A stretch of DNA of 64,000 nt from an uncultured Gammaproteobacteria bacterium (lineage in GTDB: Bacteria > Patescibacteriota > Microgenomatia > Daviesbacterales > UBA10151), in the NCBI GenBank assembly GCA_964636275.1, contig CAZWRN010000002.1:9910-73909 (forward strand). The letters run 5' to 3'. Below the pieces are notes generated by a model that ran no database searches, was not told the DNA's origin, and was given only the letters and a program-made list of their open reading frames with translations. Both the position numbers and the translations under genes were made by a program. Of the stretch, positions 1 through 9,573 are shown piece by piece. Every line of letters starts with the position of its first letter. The first letter of the stretch is position 1.

Positions 1-626
1 CTGAATATGAACAATAGCTTTTGGGTTATAAAGTATTTTGCCTTTATTGAGTAAAATTTGATAACTAAAATCAATATCTTCCCCATAATAACTTCCATTA
101 TTTTCATCAAAACGTATTTGTTTATTAATCCCTTGAAGATTTAATAGCGCGTTTTCAACATTAGCCTTTAAAAGATAACCATTATCAGATCTATTATTTT
201 GTAACCATTTATTATATTCATCTTGATAGATATATGCCGTTACACCATGGTATGGAAATATTCTGCATTGTCCCTGAATAAGTACTACCTCAGGATTTTT
301 TTGGTAGCACTTAATCATTTCCATAAGCCAATTACTATCCGCTATACAATCATCATCAATAAAAGCCAATAATTTAGTCTTACATGTGTCTAATATCTTA
401 TTTCTAGCAGATGAAATTCCGATTGCCACATGTTCAATGTATTTAATATTCAGGGTATCCTTGTACTTTCTGACAATCAATCTGGTCTTTTCAAAAGGAG
501 GACTACTTACTAAAATAATACTTCTTGGAGTTACTTTTTGGTTCAATAAACTATTTAAACATGCGTCGAGAAGAGCTGCCCTATCTCGAGTAATTATTCC
601 AACGCTAATTAATTGATTGTCCATTA
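1..626 (-). CDS. Glycosyltransferase family 2 (partial, runs off window start)
   Basis: Reverse translation from ATG at 626 reads MDNQLISVGIITRDRAALLDACLNSL...AFIDDDCIADSNW, the typical GT2 N-terminal DxD region. It is not in the ORF track because it is truncated at the window edge. Confidence 0.6.
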
Positions 627-680
627 TGACAATATTCTGGGAAGTCGAAGTATTGTATTATTTAGATTTGATTCAGTCAA

Positions 681-1178
681 CTAATTTTTGACCCATTCAA
701 TATTCTTTTCTTGAAAAGGTATCGGGGATGAAAAAACCAAAAATAAGAGTGGCTCTATTCCTTTGTTTATTATCTCATGTGCAGTGTTTCGCGGAGTCAA
801 AATAAACTTTCCTGGCTCTAACACAATAATTTTTCCATCTTGGACATATTCGCCATTTCCTGAAATCACATAGGTATAATGATCTTCAGATTTATGAATA
901 TGCGTTGGCATTCTATCTTTAATCGAAACTAAAACTACCCCCGCTGAACCATTTACAGCAAGTTCCTTCCATTTAATACTTTCTGTCTCATGCTGAAAAC
1001 TGTTTGAAAGATCGAAGACATTCACTTCTATCTTTTCTGAAAGAATCCCTGTAGCTCGGTCTTCGGCTTTTTTGAAAAGAAAGCTTGATCCTAGATGTAT
1101 AAAATATCCGAGCAAAATACCTGTCAAAAGAAATATCAGATAAACTTTTTTGCGATTTATATCTAACATTTTTTTCAT
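681..1178 (-). CDS. Cupin-domain protein with N-terminal TM anchor
   Basis: 165 aa. Cupin motifs G(x)5HxH...G and PxGxxH are present (VSIKDRMPTHIHKSEDHYTYVISGNGEY...LTPRNTAHEI). There is a hydrophobic N-terminus. Confidence 0.55.
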   Translation of the reverse strand: MKKMLDINRKKVYLIFLLTGILLGYFIHLGSSFLFKKAEDRATGILSEKIEVNVFDLSNSFQHETESIKWKELAVNGSAGVVLVSIKDRMPTHIHKSEDHYTYVISGNGEYVQDGKIIVLEPGKFILTPRNTAHEIINKGIEPLLFLVFSSPIPFQEKNIEWVKN

Positions 1179-1203
1179 AATTAGATTATTGTACTATATT
1201 CCG

Positions 1204-2565
1204 ATGTCTAAGGATTTGAAAAGAAAACAACATATTTTTAGGACTTTTTTATACGACCCACTTGTTCTGTTAGGAACTATTCTTTTCACATACTGGCTGC
1301 TAGATTCATGGTATAAAATTTTTATTCAAATGGCTCCAACAAGAATGTTATGGTATTCATCAATGGGACTATTAATTACGTCAATAGGCCTATGGAAAAA
1401 AAATGTATTCCTGCTCTCTTCAATGTTTTGTACGTTGCTTTTTCAAGAAGGAATTTGGAATCTAAGTTTTTTTGCCAATTTAATATCTCTGCCAGATCCA
1501 TTCCAAGCAGCCAGCTACGCATTTGGATCTAAATTCCCAAAGATGGGTCTTTTTATAACTCTTTTTCATTTGCTTTTACTACCTTCAATTTTTTACGGTC
1601 TATATAAACTGAAACGAGTAAGTCGGTGGGGCTGGCTGGGGGCGTATATATTTGCTCTTTTAATCAATTACCTCCCTTTATTTTTCCCAGACAAAGAAGA
1701 TGTCAATTGTGTCCGAGGCCAAATTGCTTCATGCCAATTATTTTTTGGTGCGTTTTATGGAGTCAATCCATTGTATGGAATATTTGGGGGTGTTACTTAT
1801 CAGTTATTTCTTATATTCATCCCGGCAAACATTCTTCTTATAAATATATCCACAAAATCGAAGAAGATTTTTTATTTTCTAAATCATCCTTTAAAGCAAA
1901 TAAGCTCAAATTTACTCAATCCAGATTTTTATTTATCTTCATTAATATTATTGTTAACTATCTTTTGGATGGCAGATACCTTTGAAAAAGTTAGTATACA
2001 GCATGCTGTGAGTCGCGTAATGTGGTGGTCATCGATTGGTTTACTAGTCATCATTATTGGACTTTATAGGAGAAGTTCTCTTATTCTAACTGCTATGTTT
2101 TGTAATCTCTTTGTAATTGAGACTCTTTGGACGATTGGATTTTTTACATATTTATTTTCTAATTATAGTATTCCTCACCTAGGCTTCGCTGTATCTGTTT
2201 TTGACCAGCAGCATTCATGGATTAGCTTTGCAATTAGTTTATTCCATCTATTTCTTGTTCCAGCGATTCTCTTTGGTTTATTACTTATTAAAAAGATTCA
2301 TCCTTTTGGCTGGCTACTGGCTTTAATTTTTCATTGTATTACTATTTCCATTCCTTACTTTATTCCTGACAGTTCTGAGAATATAAATTGTTCTTTGGTG
2401 ATTAATTATATTTGTCAAAACCTTTACGGATTGTCAGATAGTCGTCCTTTTTATTTAAATTTGATTTTCTCATCTTTTTATCAATTAATTATTTTCTATT
2501 TACCCCTCAATTTTCTACTTTTTTACCTAATGAAGAAATTTCCTTTTAGGGTTGCAAATAGCTAG
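1204..2565 (+). CDS. Polytopic membrane protein with internal tandem duplication of a ~230-aa domain
   Basis: Two homologous halves, RMLWYSSMGLLITSIGLWKK...FPDKEDVNCV and RVMWWSSIGLLVIIIGLYRR...IPDSSENINCS. Start chosen at the internal ATG (MSKDLK) to avoid overlap with the cupin gene. Confidence 0.5.
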   Translation: MSKDLKRKQHIFRTFLYDPLVLLGTILFTYWLLDSWYKIFIQMAPTRMLWYSSMGLLITSIGLWKKNVFLLSSMFCTLLFQEGIWNLSFFANLISLPDPFQAASYAFGSKFPKMGLFITLFHLLLLPSIFYGLYKLKRVSRWGWLGAYIFALLINYLPLFFPDKEDVNCVRGQIASCQLFFGAFYGVNPLYGIFGGVTYQLFLIFIPANILLINISTKSKKIFYFLNHPLKQISSNLLNPDFYLSSLILLLTIFWMADTFEKVSIQHAVSRVMWWSSIGLLVIIIGLYRRSSLILTAMFCNLFVIETLWTIGFFTYLFSNYSIPHLGFAVSVFDQQHSWISFAISLFHLFLVPAILFGLLLIKKIHPFGWLLALIFHCITISIPYFIPDSSENINCSLVINYICQNLYGLSDSRPFYLNLIFSSFYQLIIFYLPLNFLLFYLMKKFPFRVANS

Positions 2566-2587
2566 TTAGCTTGCAATAATCAGTTTT

Positions 2588-3580
2588 GTGAAAAAACAAT
2601 CCCACAATTTTAAGTTTATTCTCGTTTTTTCCTTTCTTAGTCTGTGGTTGATTAGTGGCCTCTTTTTAGATGGATGGGCTCATGCTCATGTTAAAGGACT
2701 GGATACTTTTTTCTCTCCATGGCATGGATACTATTTTGGGGGTTTTTCTGTCCTTGCGGGATATCTTTATTTGACAATATTTTTAAATTATTTAAAGACT
2801 AGGCAACTTAAAAAATCGATACCTATTCATTTCTTCCCTGCTACAATTGGAGTCATTTTTTTTGCATTAGGCGGAGTTGGCGATCTTATATGGCATACTT
2901 TTTTTGGATTTGAAAAAAGTATTGAAGCTTTGATTAGCCCAACACATCTTTTGCTTTTTTTGGGATTGTTTTTGATTTTTCTTTCACCTCTGAATTATGT
3001 CCTTTTTGAATCAAAAGGTAAATCATGGCGTTTTTATCTTGTTTTTGTGATCTCTGTCTCAGTATTTTTTTCTTATTTCACTTTTTTGACGGAGTATGTC
3101 AATCCACTAATAAGTCCCTTTGCCTTTAAAACACATCAAACAAACAATCATTACTACGGTCAAGCCATTGGAATGGCAAGTATTTTTATCCATAATATTT
3201 TTTTTGTTGGAACAATAATCTACGTTTTAATTTACAAAAAATTTTTACCCGGGATACTATTTTTGATAACCATAATAAATACTCTGGCAATGACAACCGT
3301 ACATGATCATTATGATTTTATCCTTAGTGCATTTATTTCTGGAATTTTTATTGAACTAGTTTATTTCTGGGTTAAACCATCTTTTAAAAATTTGTATCGG
3401 TTACAATTTTTTTGTATTTCAGTTCCTCTGATTTACACACTGTTTTATTTCATTGTTGGTATGGTTACCAGAGGAATATGGTGGACACCTCATTTGTGGT
3501 TAGGGACTATTTTGATGACAGGTTTTTTTGGGTGGTTACTTTGTAGATTGGTGATTTCAGGAAGATATCCAAAAAAATAA
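2588..3580 (+). CDS. Hypothetical polytopic membrane protein
   Basis: 330 aa, multiple hydrophobic segments, GTG start per the ORF track. Confidence 0.45.
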   Translation: MKKQSHNFKFILVFSFLSLWLISGLFLDGWAHAHVKGLDTFFSPWHGYYFGGFSVLAGYLYLTIFLNYLKTRQLKKSIPIHFFPATIGVIFFALGGVGDLIWHTFFGFEKSIEALISPTHLLLFLGLFLIFLSPLNYVLFESKGKSWRFYLVFVISVSVFFSYFTFLTEYVNPLISPFAFKTHQTNNHYYGQAIGMASIFIHNIFFVGTIIYVLIYKKFLPGILFLITIINTLAMTTVHDHYDFILSAFISGIFIELVYFWVKPSFKNLYRLQFFCISVPLIYTLFYFIVGMVTRGIWWTPHLWLGTILMTGFFGWLLCRLVISGRYPKK

Positions 3581-4822
3581 AACTGCTCCTATTGATATAC
3601 AAGCTAAGACAAGAAGAATCTTCATTCTAGACTTTCCTAAAATAATACTGGAATGCTCCGAATAACCAATACCGCTCAATGCGATAAAAAACATTAAATA
3701 GGAATATATTCTGTAAGTATAATCTGTTAAAGAATTTACTAAAAATGCAACTAACATAAATGTTATTAAAGTGGGGGATTTTATATTTTTTCTTAAAATT
3801 TCTCCTATTATCAAAAGAAAAATAAGTAAACCTAAAACGCCATATTCAACCGCAACATCAAATACTAAATTGTGAGCACTATGAGTTCTAGTACCATAAC
3901 TAGTATATTGTCCCGAAGCTTCGAGAAAATTACCCGGACCATACCCAGTTAAAGGCCTCTCTACTATTGCCAATACTGACTGGTGAATAAATTCAAATCT
4001 TTTAGCAGTAATTTCCTTCTCGTTCAAATGTAGTAAATTTTTTGTAGCCAAGTGTATATGTCCTAAATAGGGCACTGATGAAAATTCTTTCACAACTAAA
4101 AAATTCATAAACAACGCGACAAGCAAGCCGACAATAAATGTGAACAGTATTTTTTTATTAAAGTATTTAATATACCAAAGCATAAAAAATACTAATGTTA
4201 CAATCAAACTAAAGTAAGCTGATCTTGAGAAGCTGAATAATATAAACAAAAATGCAATTCCGCCGTATATGAGATAAACTTTCTTTTTCACCTTAATATA
4301 ATTAAAGAGTAAGGCAACGCATGTTAGTACCATCATATCTCCTAAATGTGTATGCGAGCCAAAACGAGAATACACAAATTGATATCCATGGGTTGGTATT
4401 GTTAATAGGGGCGCGCCAAAAAAAGAATAACCAATATAGATTGCAAACATATAGCAGGCATAAATACCTGATATCCAGAATAGAAGAAGTATTAGATCAG
4501 AAAATAATTCGCGATGATTGTAGAAATAAAGAAAAATGAAATAAAGACTTATGAAGTAATAATGATATTCAAAGGATTTATTAAAATTACTAGAAAAAAA
4601 GGTTGTGACTAGAGAAATAATTAAAAAAACCATCCAATATAGTGAAATTTTGATTGGTATTTGCCATATTTTTTTATATACGAAGTCAGAGACGAGCATT
4701 AAGCATGGTAGACTAATAATTAACGCTAGGCTAAATTCTCTTCCTTTTGGGATTCCCAGTCCTTCTATCAAAAGAATTCCAAGCAAATAGAGAGTAATGA
4801 TCATTTCCCCCCAATCTAACAC
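3557..4822 (-). CDS. O-antigen ligase / Wzy-like membrane protein (putative)
   Basis: 421 aa with about 10-12 TM segments and a large loop. The architecture resembles the O-antigen ligase/polymerase family. No motif confirmation. Confidence 0.35.
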   Translation of the reverse strand: MLDWGEMIITLYLLGILLIEGLGIPKGREFSLALIISLPCLMLVSDFVYKKIWQIPIKISLYWMVFLIISLVTTFFSSNFNKSFEYHYYFISLYFIFLYFYNHRELFSDLILLLFWISGIYACYMFAIYIGYSFFGAPLLTIPTHGYQFVYSRFGSHTHLGDMMVLTCVALLFNYIKVKKKVYLIYGGIAFLFILFSFSRSAYFSLIVTLVFFMLWYIKYFNKKILFTFIVGLLVALFMNFLVVKEFSSVPYLGHIHLATKNLLHLNEKEITAKRFEFIHQSVLAIVERPLTGYGPGNFLEASGQYTSYGTRTHSAHNLVFDVAVEYGVLGLLIFLLIIGEILRKNIKSPTLITFMLVAFLVNSLTDYTYRIYSYLMFFIALSGIGYSEHSSIILGKSRMKILLVLACISIGAVLFFWISS

Positions 4823-4869
4823 CTTAATTTATAATTGCAATATATGTGACTGGATGATAACCTAAAAGT

Positions 4870-6147
4870 ATGCGTATTTTGTCAATTTTGGCTTCTTGTA
4901 GTTTACTTATCGCGATCTTTGCCTTTATATCTTTTTTCTCTCTCCCACTTAGTCATCCTTCCAATGTTCATGCCCAATATGATCCGCCGCCGCCGCCGCC
5001 CTCACCACCAGCTCCATCCCCACCGGCAAATACTCCACCTGGGCCTTTCGGTCACGTTAGCGAAATAGGATCATGTCCCTTTCCCAATCAACCGAAAGCA
5101 ACTATTCGATGGACGGCGTCTCAGTATGCAACCTCTTATACTATTTTTTATCTAGATGAAGCCGTTGGAACAATGCAACCTCCGGCTGGGATTACAATAG
5201 GCAATGTAACATCTTATGATCTAAATTCAACTCACGGTTTGATTGCGGGACATAATTATGGATTTGTTGTAAGAGCCAATAATTCTTATGGCTCTGCATT
5301 TACCAATCTGGCACCATATTCTCCTACTTCTCCTGGTGGCTGGAGTCATCCGCTATATGGGTGGATGTTGTTTCCAACATGTACACCACCCGGACAGTTT
5401 ACATACAGCGCAGCCCCTGCTCCACTTTGCACAGGTGTAGATGGCTCAGCAATCGATGTTAATTGGAATACCTCTGCTGGAGCCAGTTCTTATATGGTGT
5501 ATCCGCAATCAAATATACGAGGGTGGATACCTCCAGCAGGACTTGCCCCAACATCAGTTACAGGAAGTGGTGGCTATTTGAGACATACTTTACCAACTCC
5601 TATCCCAGCCAACGAAGGCTGGGAGTATACAGTTTGGGCGACCAATGCCAACGGCTCAACCCAAGTAAGTAATAGCTCTGGTGTTGCCTCGAGTACATAT
5701 TATATATACGGTGGATGGACCAACGCTTATAACTGTTCTAATCCTGTTGTTGATCTTTTAATAGATGGGGCAGATATTATAAAAACCATTAATAGTGGCG
5801 ATACTGTAAATTTAAACTACTGGGTGAATAATGCCTACAATATTACTACCTCTGCTACGCCCAGCGTTTCTGGAGTAACAACCAACTGGACAGCTTTATA
5901 CCCCTCGAACAACGCAAATCCTACGCCTTGGAGTTTAACTGGCGTAAGAAGTGTTACCTTGTATAACAATACGACCTACCCTTATAACAGTTATCAATTT
6001 ACAATCACTGCAAATAACAATAAATTATCCGGTCCTCCTTCTGCCTCAAAAACGGTTACCGTAAATGTATATCCGGAAAAAGCACCATTTATCCAAACTA
6101 CGCAAGGAGATGTTCACTCCAACTCCAATATTAATGTGCCTCAGTAA
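4870..6147 (+). CDS. Secreted protein with Pro-rich linker and FN3-like beta-sandwich repeats
   Basis: Signal-peptide-like N-terminus, PPPPPPSPPAPSPPANTPPGP linker, then repeats resembling fibronectin type III (ATIRWTASQYATSYTIFY...GHNYGFVVRANNSYG). Confidence 0.5.
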   Translation: MRILSILASCSLLIAIFAFISFFSLPLSHPSNVHAQYDPPPPPPSPPAPSPPANTPPGPFGHVSEIGSCPFPNQPKATIRWTASQYATSYTIFYLDEAVGTMQPPAGITIGNVTSYDLNSTHGLIAGHNYGFVVRANNSYGSAFTNLAPYSPTSPGGWSHPLYGWMLFPTCTPPGQFTYSAAPAPLCTGVDGSAIDVNWNTSAGASSYMVYPQSNIRGWIPPAGLAPTSVTGSGGYLRHTLPTPIPANEGWEYTVWATNANGSTQVSNSSGVASSTYYIYGGWTNAYNCSNPVVDLLIDGADIIKTINSGDTVNLNYWVNNAYNITTSATPSVSGVTTNWTALYPSNNANPTPWSLTGVRSVTLYNNTTYPYNSYQFTITANNNKLSGPPSASKTVTVNVYPEKAPFIQTTQGDVHSNSNINVPQ

Positions 6148-6196
6148 CTTTAGAATGCTTGCTACATAACGTTTGGTTGGTTACTATTAAAACAAT

Positions 6197-7195
6197 ATGA
6201 AATTTTTCATATCAGCCTTTGTATTAGTCCTTTGTTGTATAAACTTACTGCTATTATTTGCAATATTTCAGGAGCAAGTGAAGGCTCAAACTGTGTGCTC
6301 GCCTGCTGATCGTAACCAAGGACTAGTCAGTGGGGTGACTTTATCAGGGACTTTTGGTAATCCTACTGGACAATGTGTTATTGATCAAAAAGCTGCCTAT
6401 GTGAATTTCAAAGTTCCTAATTACAATGAGCTTAAATCAGTTTTTTATACTCAGAATAGCAGTGCTACAAAAACAGTAATTGACTCTCTTTCCTCCCCCA
6501 ATTGTACAGGCGGGAATACTGTCTATTTAAAAAATTTATCAGCAACGGCCAAAACACTTTTTAATGTTCAGTGTAATTTTACCCATATTGCTGATACAGA
6601 TCCTTCCAACGGACCTTTCATGACGTCTGGTACTCAACAGACTGTAGTTATTTTTGCGGACAATCATGTTTATATAGATACTGATCTTAATTATGGAGGA
6701 GACCAATATGGGGCAGTTATTGTTGCAAAAGGCGATGTGTATATTGCTCCAGCTGTGACTAAAATTAATGCGGTGATTGTTAACGAAGGCAACATTTATA
6801 CTACCAATAACGGATCTTCATATACATCACTCGTTCCGAATTCTCAACAACTGGTTGTAAATGGCAGTTTAATTAATCTGTCACAAGCAGGACAAAGAAT
6901 ATACTTCAATCGATCTTTAAGTAACAATAATGTCCCCGCTGAAGTTGTAAATTATCAACCCAAATTTTTGGTTTTGCTGAGAGGTCTGATGACACAAAGT
7001 TATACTATACAAAGAGAGATCGGAGCCGATGAAATCCCTTCTGCAAGTATTTTCCCTTCTCCTACCGGGATACCTTCTCCCTCTCCAACTCAAAATCCGG
7101 GATCTACCTTCCAAAACGCTTATTGTATTTACGGTATTTATAATCTTTTAAACCAATTAAATATTGCTTCCGATACAGATATCCCCTGCACATAA
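6197..7195 (+). CDS. Secreted hypothetical protein (Cys-containing, C-terminal PS-rich tail)
   Basis: Signal peptide MKFFISAFVLVLCCINLLLLFA and a C-terminal PSPTGIPSPSPTQNPG tail. Confidence 0.4.
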   Translation: MKFFISAFVLVLCCINLLLLFAIFQEQVKAQTVCSPADRNQGLVSGVTLSGTFGNPTGQCVIDQKAAYVNFKVPNYNELKSVFYTQNSSATKTVIDSLSSPNCTGGNTVYLKNLSATAKTLFNVQCNFTHIADTDPSNGPFMTSGTQQTVVIFADNHVYIDTDLNYGGDQYGAVIVAKGDVYIAPAVTKINAVIVNEGNIYTTNNGSSYTSLVPNSQQLVVNGSLINLSQAGQRIYFNRSLSNNNVPAEVVNYQPKFLVLLRGLMTQSYTIQREIGADEIPSASIFPSPTGIPSPSPTQNPGSTFQNAYCIYGIYNLLNQLNIASDTDIPCT

Positions 7196-7229
7196 AATTG
7201 ACAGTTACGACTGAATAGCTAATAATGAA

Positions 7230-8753
7230 ATGGTAATAATGAAATTTAAGAATATTTACCCTCCGATACTATTTTTGTTAACTTTTAGTGTTTTCTTTTT
7301 CCCTACGCTACTTTATGCCCAGTCAGCCACACCCTGGAGCTTTTATAATAATCCAATCGCAAGTAATGCCATGGATATCTTTTACAACGGAGCTGGTTCG
7401 GCAAATCCAGCTATCCGAATCGCACCAAGTGGGAACGTTGGTATAGGGACTACCTCTCTTACGGGGAAGCTAAATGTTAATGGAACAGCTATCCTAGGAT
7501 CAACAACTCAGGGAGGTGTCCAAGTGATAAGCACTAGTGCCACCAATGCCATATTTGCCCCATCAAAGTCGAATGGAAGTCTCTCTATAACTGATGACTC
7601 CCAAAATGTCACCAGAGGAATAACTGTTTATGGAGGTAATGGAAACTTAGGAATCGGAACATCAATACCTCAGGGAAGGGTCGATATTTCTAGCAATGGC
7701 GGGAGTGATGGTCTTGTTATAACTCAGCAACAAGAGAATAGTCAGTCAATTCAAGGTTACATTGACGGACATTGGGCCGACAGGACTACCTATGCAGGTG
7801 GTTGTTGTAATGCGCTTTTGCTTCAACCAGATATTGGTAGTGTCGGTATCGGTATCCCAGCTTCTCTATCAGCACCTTATTATCCGATGACTGCCAAGCT
7901 AGATATTTTGGCTGGAGGGGACGATACTACTTCAGCAATCAGACTCCGACAATCCAATGCAGCTGCATACGGATTTGATTTAGGAATAGATAATAACGTC
8001 GATGGCGGCTTATATTTCTATGCCAACAATAATGGAACTAAAAGTATCTCCTTAAAATTACGACGGGATAATGGAAAAGTTGGAATAAGAACAAGTGGGG
8101 CTCCCGTTTCAGATTTACATATTAAGCAAACTTCAAATAGCCAATACAACGGAGGTATTACTATGGAAAGAGCTGACACCGGTGATTCCGGCGCAGTTTT
8201 TTTGGGCGGGGACAATAAATTATATATGATGTCAGGTGGTGGCTATATGACTATCGATACAGCAAGTCGTTTAGATGTCAAAGGGAATACACGTATCGAT
8301 TATAAGCTGGCAGTAAATGGCTATGAACCTGGCGCTTGTGGAACGAACTATGGTCTTTGTGTAGGAGGGCCATCTGGAGGGCAAAGTGTTTGGAACAACA
8401 CATCAGATGCCCGACTAAAAAAGAACGTGACACCTATTTCACATGCCCTAGATAAAATACTTGCTTTACAAGGGGTTTATTTTGACTTTATCGAGACCGA
8501 TGGAGCATACAAAACTCTGCCAAAAGGCCATCAGCTTGGTTATATTGCTCAGCAAGTTGAGCCGATTTTACCTGAGGTAGTCACTACCGGTGGAGATGGC
8601 ATGAAAATGATGAGTTATGCCAATATTACTGCCCTACTTGGTGAAGGGATTAAAGAGCAACAAAAACAGATCGAGGATCAAAATACCAAAATTAAAACAC
8701 TGTCTGATGAAATTGAGAACTTAAAACAAGAAATTATCAAACTTAAAAAATGA
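7230..8753 (+). CDS. Tail-fibre-like secreted protein with C-terminal peptidase S74 intramolecular chaperone (auto-processing) domain and coiled coil
   Basis: The C-terminus SDARLKKNVTPISHALDKILALQGVYFDF...GYIAQQVEPILPEVV...MMSYANITALLGEGIKE matches the conserved S74 chaperone domain of phage tail fibres and endosialidases. Gly-rich beta repeats lie upstream and a K/E-rich coiled coil sits at the end. Confidence 0.65.
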   Translation: MVIMKFKNIYPPILFLLTFSVFFFPTLLYAQSATPWSFYNNPIASNAMDIFYNGAGSANPAIRIAPSGNVGIGTTSLTGKLNVNGTAILGSTTQGGVQVISTSATNAIFAPSKSNGSLSITDDSQNVTRGITVYGGNGNLGIGTSIPQGRVDISSNGGSDGLVITQQQENSQSIQGYIDGHWADRTTYAGGCCNALLLQPDIGSVGIGIPASLSAPYYPMTAKLDILAGGDDTTSAIRLRQSNAAAYGFDLGIDNNVDGGLYFYANNNGTKSISLKLRRDNGKVGIRTSGAPVSDLHIKQTSNSQYNGGITMERADTGDSGAVFLGGDNKLYMMSGGGYMTIDTASRLDVKGNTRIDYKLAVNGYEPGACGTNYGLCVGGPSGGQSVWNNTSDARLKKNVTPISHALDKILALQGVYFDFIETDGAYKTLPKGHQLGYIAQQVEPILPEVVTTGGDGMKMMSYANITALLGEGIKEQQKQIEDQNTKIKTLSDEIENLKQEIIKLKK

Positions 8754-8754
8754 T

Positions 8755-9573
8755 ATGGGGCCGAATCAAACTCCTATAACACCTTCTACAGTAGGTCAAA
8801 TAGAATCGGTTCCTGACAAAAAAAAACTATGGTCTGTCAGTACCATATCGATATTTGTACTTTCTCTGATTTGCCTGATACTTTTGGTAATCGCATTATT
8901 TTTTACGTACAAGTATTTAACCTTACAAGAAACTATACCTGATACTTCAGATGAGCTTTCAACACAACCTTTGTTTGATTTAACAGGTATAATAGAACAG
9001 ATAAATGGATCAGTCTTAACTGTATCCCAAAAAAAATACCCTCTTAATTCACCCTCTGAAGACCTAAAATATTTAGTCACTGTTTCAAACAAAACAAAAA
9101 TTATTTCAGAGTTACCATTGGTTCCTTACTCCCTTAAATTGGCAACATCTTCAGCGTTTGTTGTAGAAAGTGAGTTTAAAAAGCTACAAATAGGTCAAAC
9201 TGTTCATATTATTTCAAGAGAAAATATCCGAGAGATCGCCTCAAACAGTTTAGTGGCTGATTCAATTACTATTTCCTCTGGGCTAACTTCTATAATGGGA
9301 AAAATTGTGAAAGTAGAAGATAACTTCCTTTCAATACAGACTTCTCCTCCTTCATATCCAGAGATTAAGGAGTTTCAGATTGGAATATTACCTGAAACGG
9401 AAATTGTCAATTCAGATATAATGACAGATTCTTCTGATAATCAGAAGCAGAAAACTAAGTTGCCCATTTCAGTACTGACTCCCGACACGAACGTATTAAT
9501 TTATACAGATTCTGATATTAACCAATCCGAAAATTTAAATGCCTTGAAAATTGAAGTTATAAAAAATTTTTAA
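8755..9573 (+). CDS. Hypothetical single-pass membrane-anchored protein
   Basis: 272 aa with one TM (ISIFVLSLICLILLVIALFFTY). Confidence 0.4.
   Translation: MGPNQTPITPSTVGQIESVPDKKKLWSVSTISIFVLSLICLILLVIALFFTYKYLTLQETIPDTSDELSTQPLFDLTGIIEQINGSVLTVSQKKYPLNSPSEDLKYLVTVSNKTKIISELPLVPYSLKLATSSAFVVESEFKKLQIGQTVHIISRENIREIASNSLVADSITISSGLTSIMGKIVKVEDNFLSIQTSPPSYPEIKEFQIGILPETEIVNSDIMTDSSDNQKQKTKLPISVLTPDTNVLIYTDSDINQSENLNALKIEVIKNF

Noticed and set aside
386-616. 76-aa plus-strand ORF
   Set aside because: It lies antisense inside a clear GT2 glycosyltransferase reading frame on the minus strand, so it is spurious.
1350-1985. ORFs 1350-1532 and 1626-1985 (+)
   Set aside because: They are alternative frames inside the duplicated membrane-protein gene, with no independent support.
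4321-4790. Short plus-strand ORFs inside the O-antigen-ligase-like gene
   Set aside because: They are antisense to a long membrane-protein ORF and have low-complexity translations.
4981-5050. Poly-proline run PPPPPPSPPAPSPP as possible collagen or repeat array
   Set aside because: It is a short linker with no Gly-X-Y periodicity. It reads as an inter-domain PS-rich linker.
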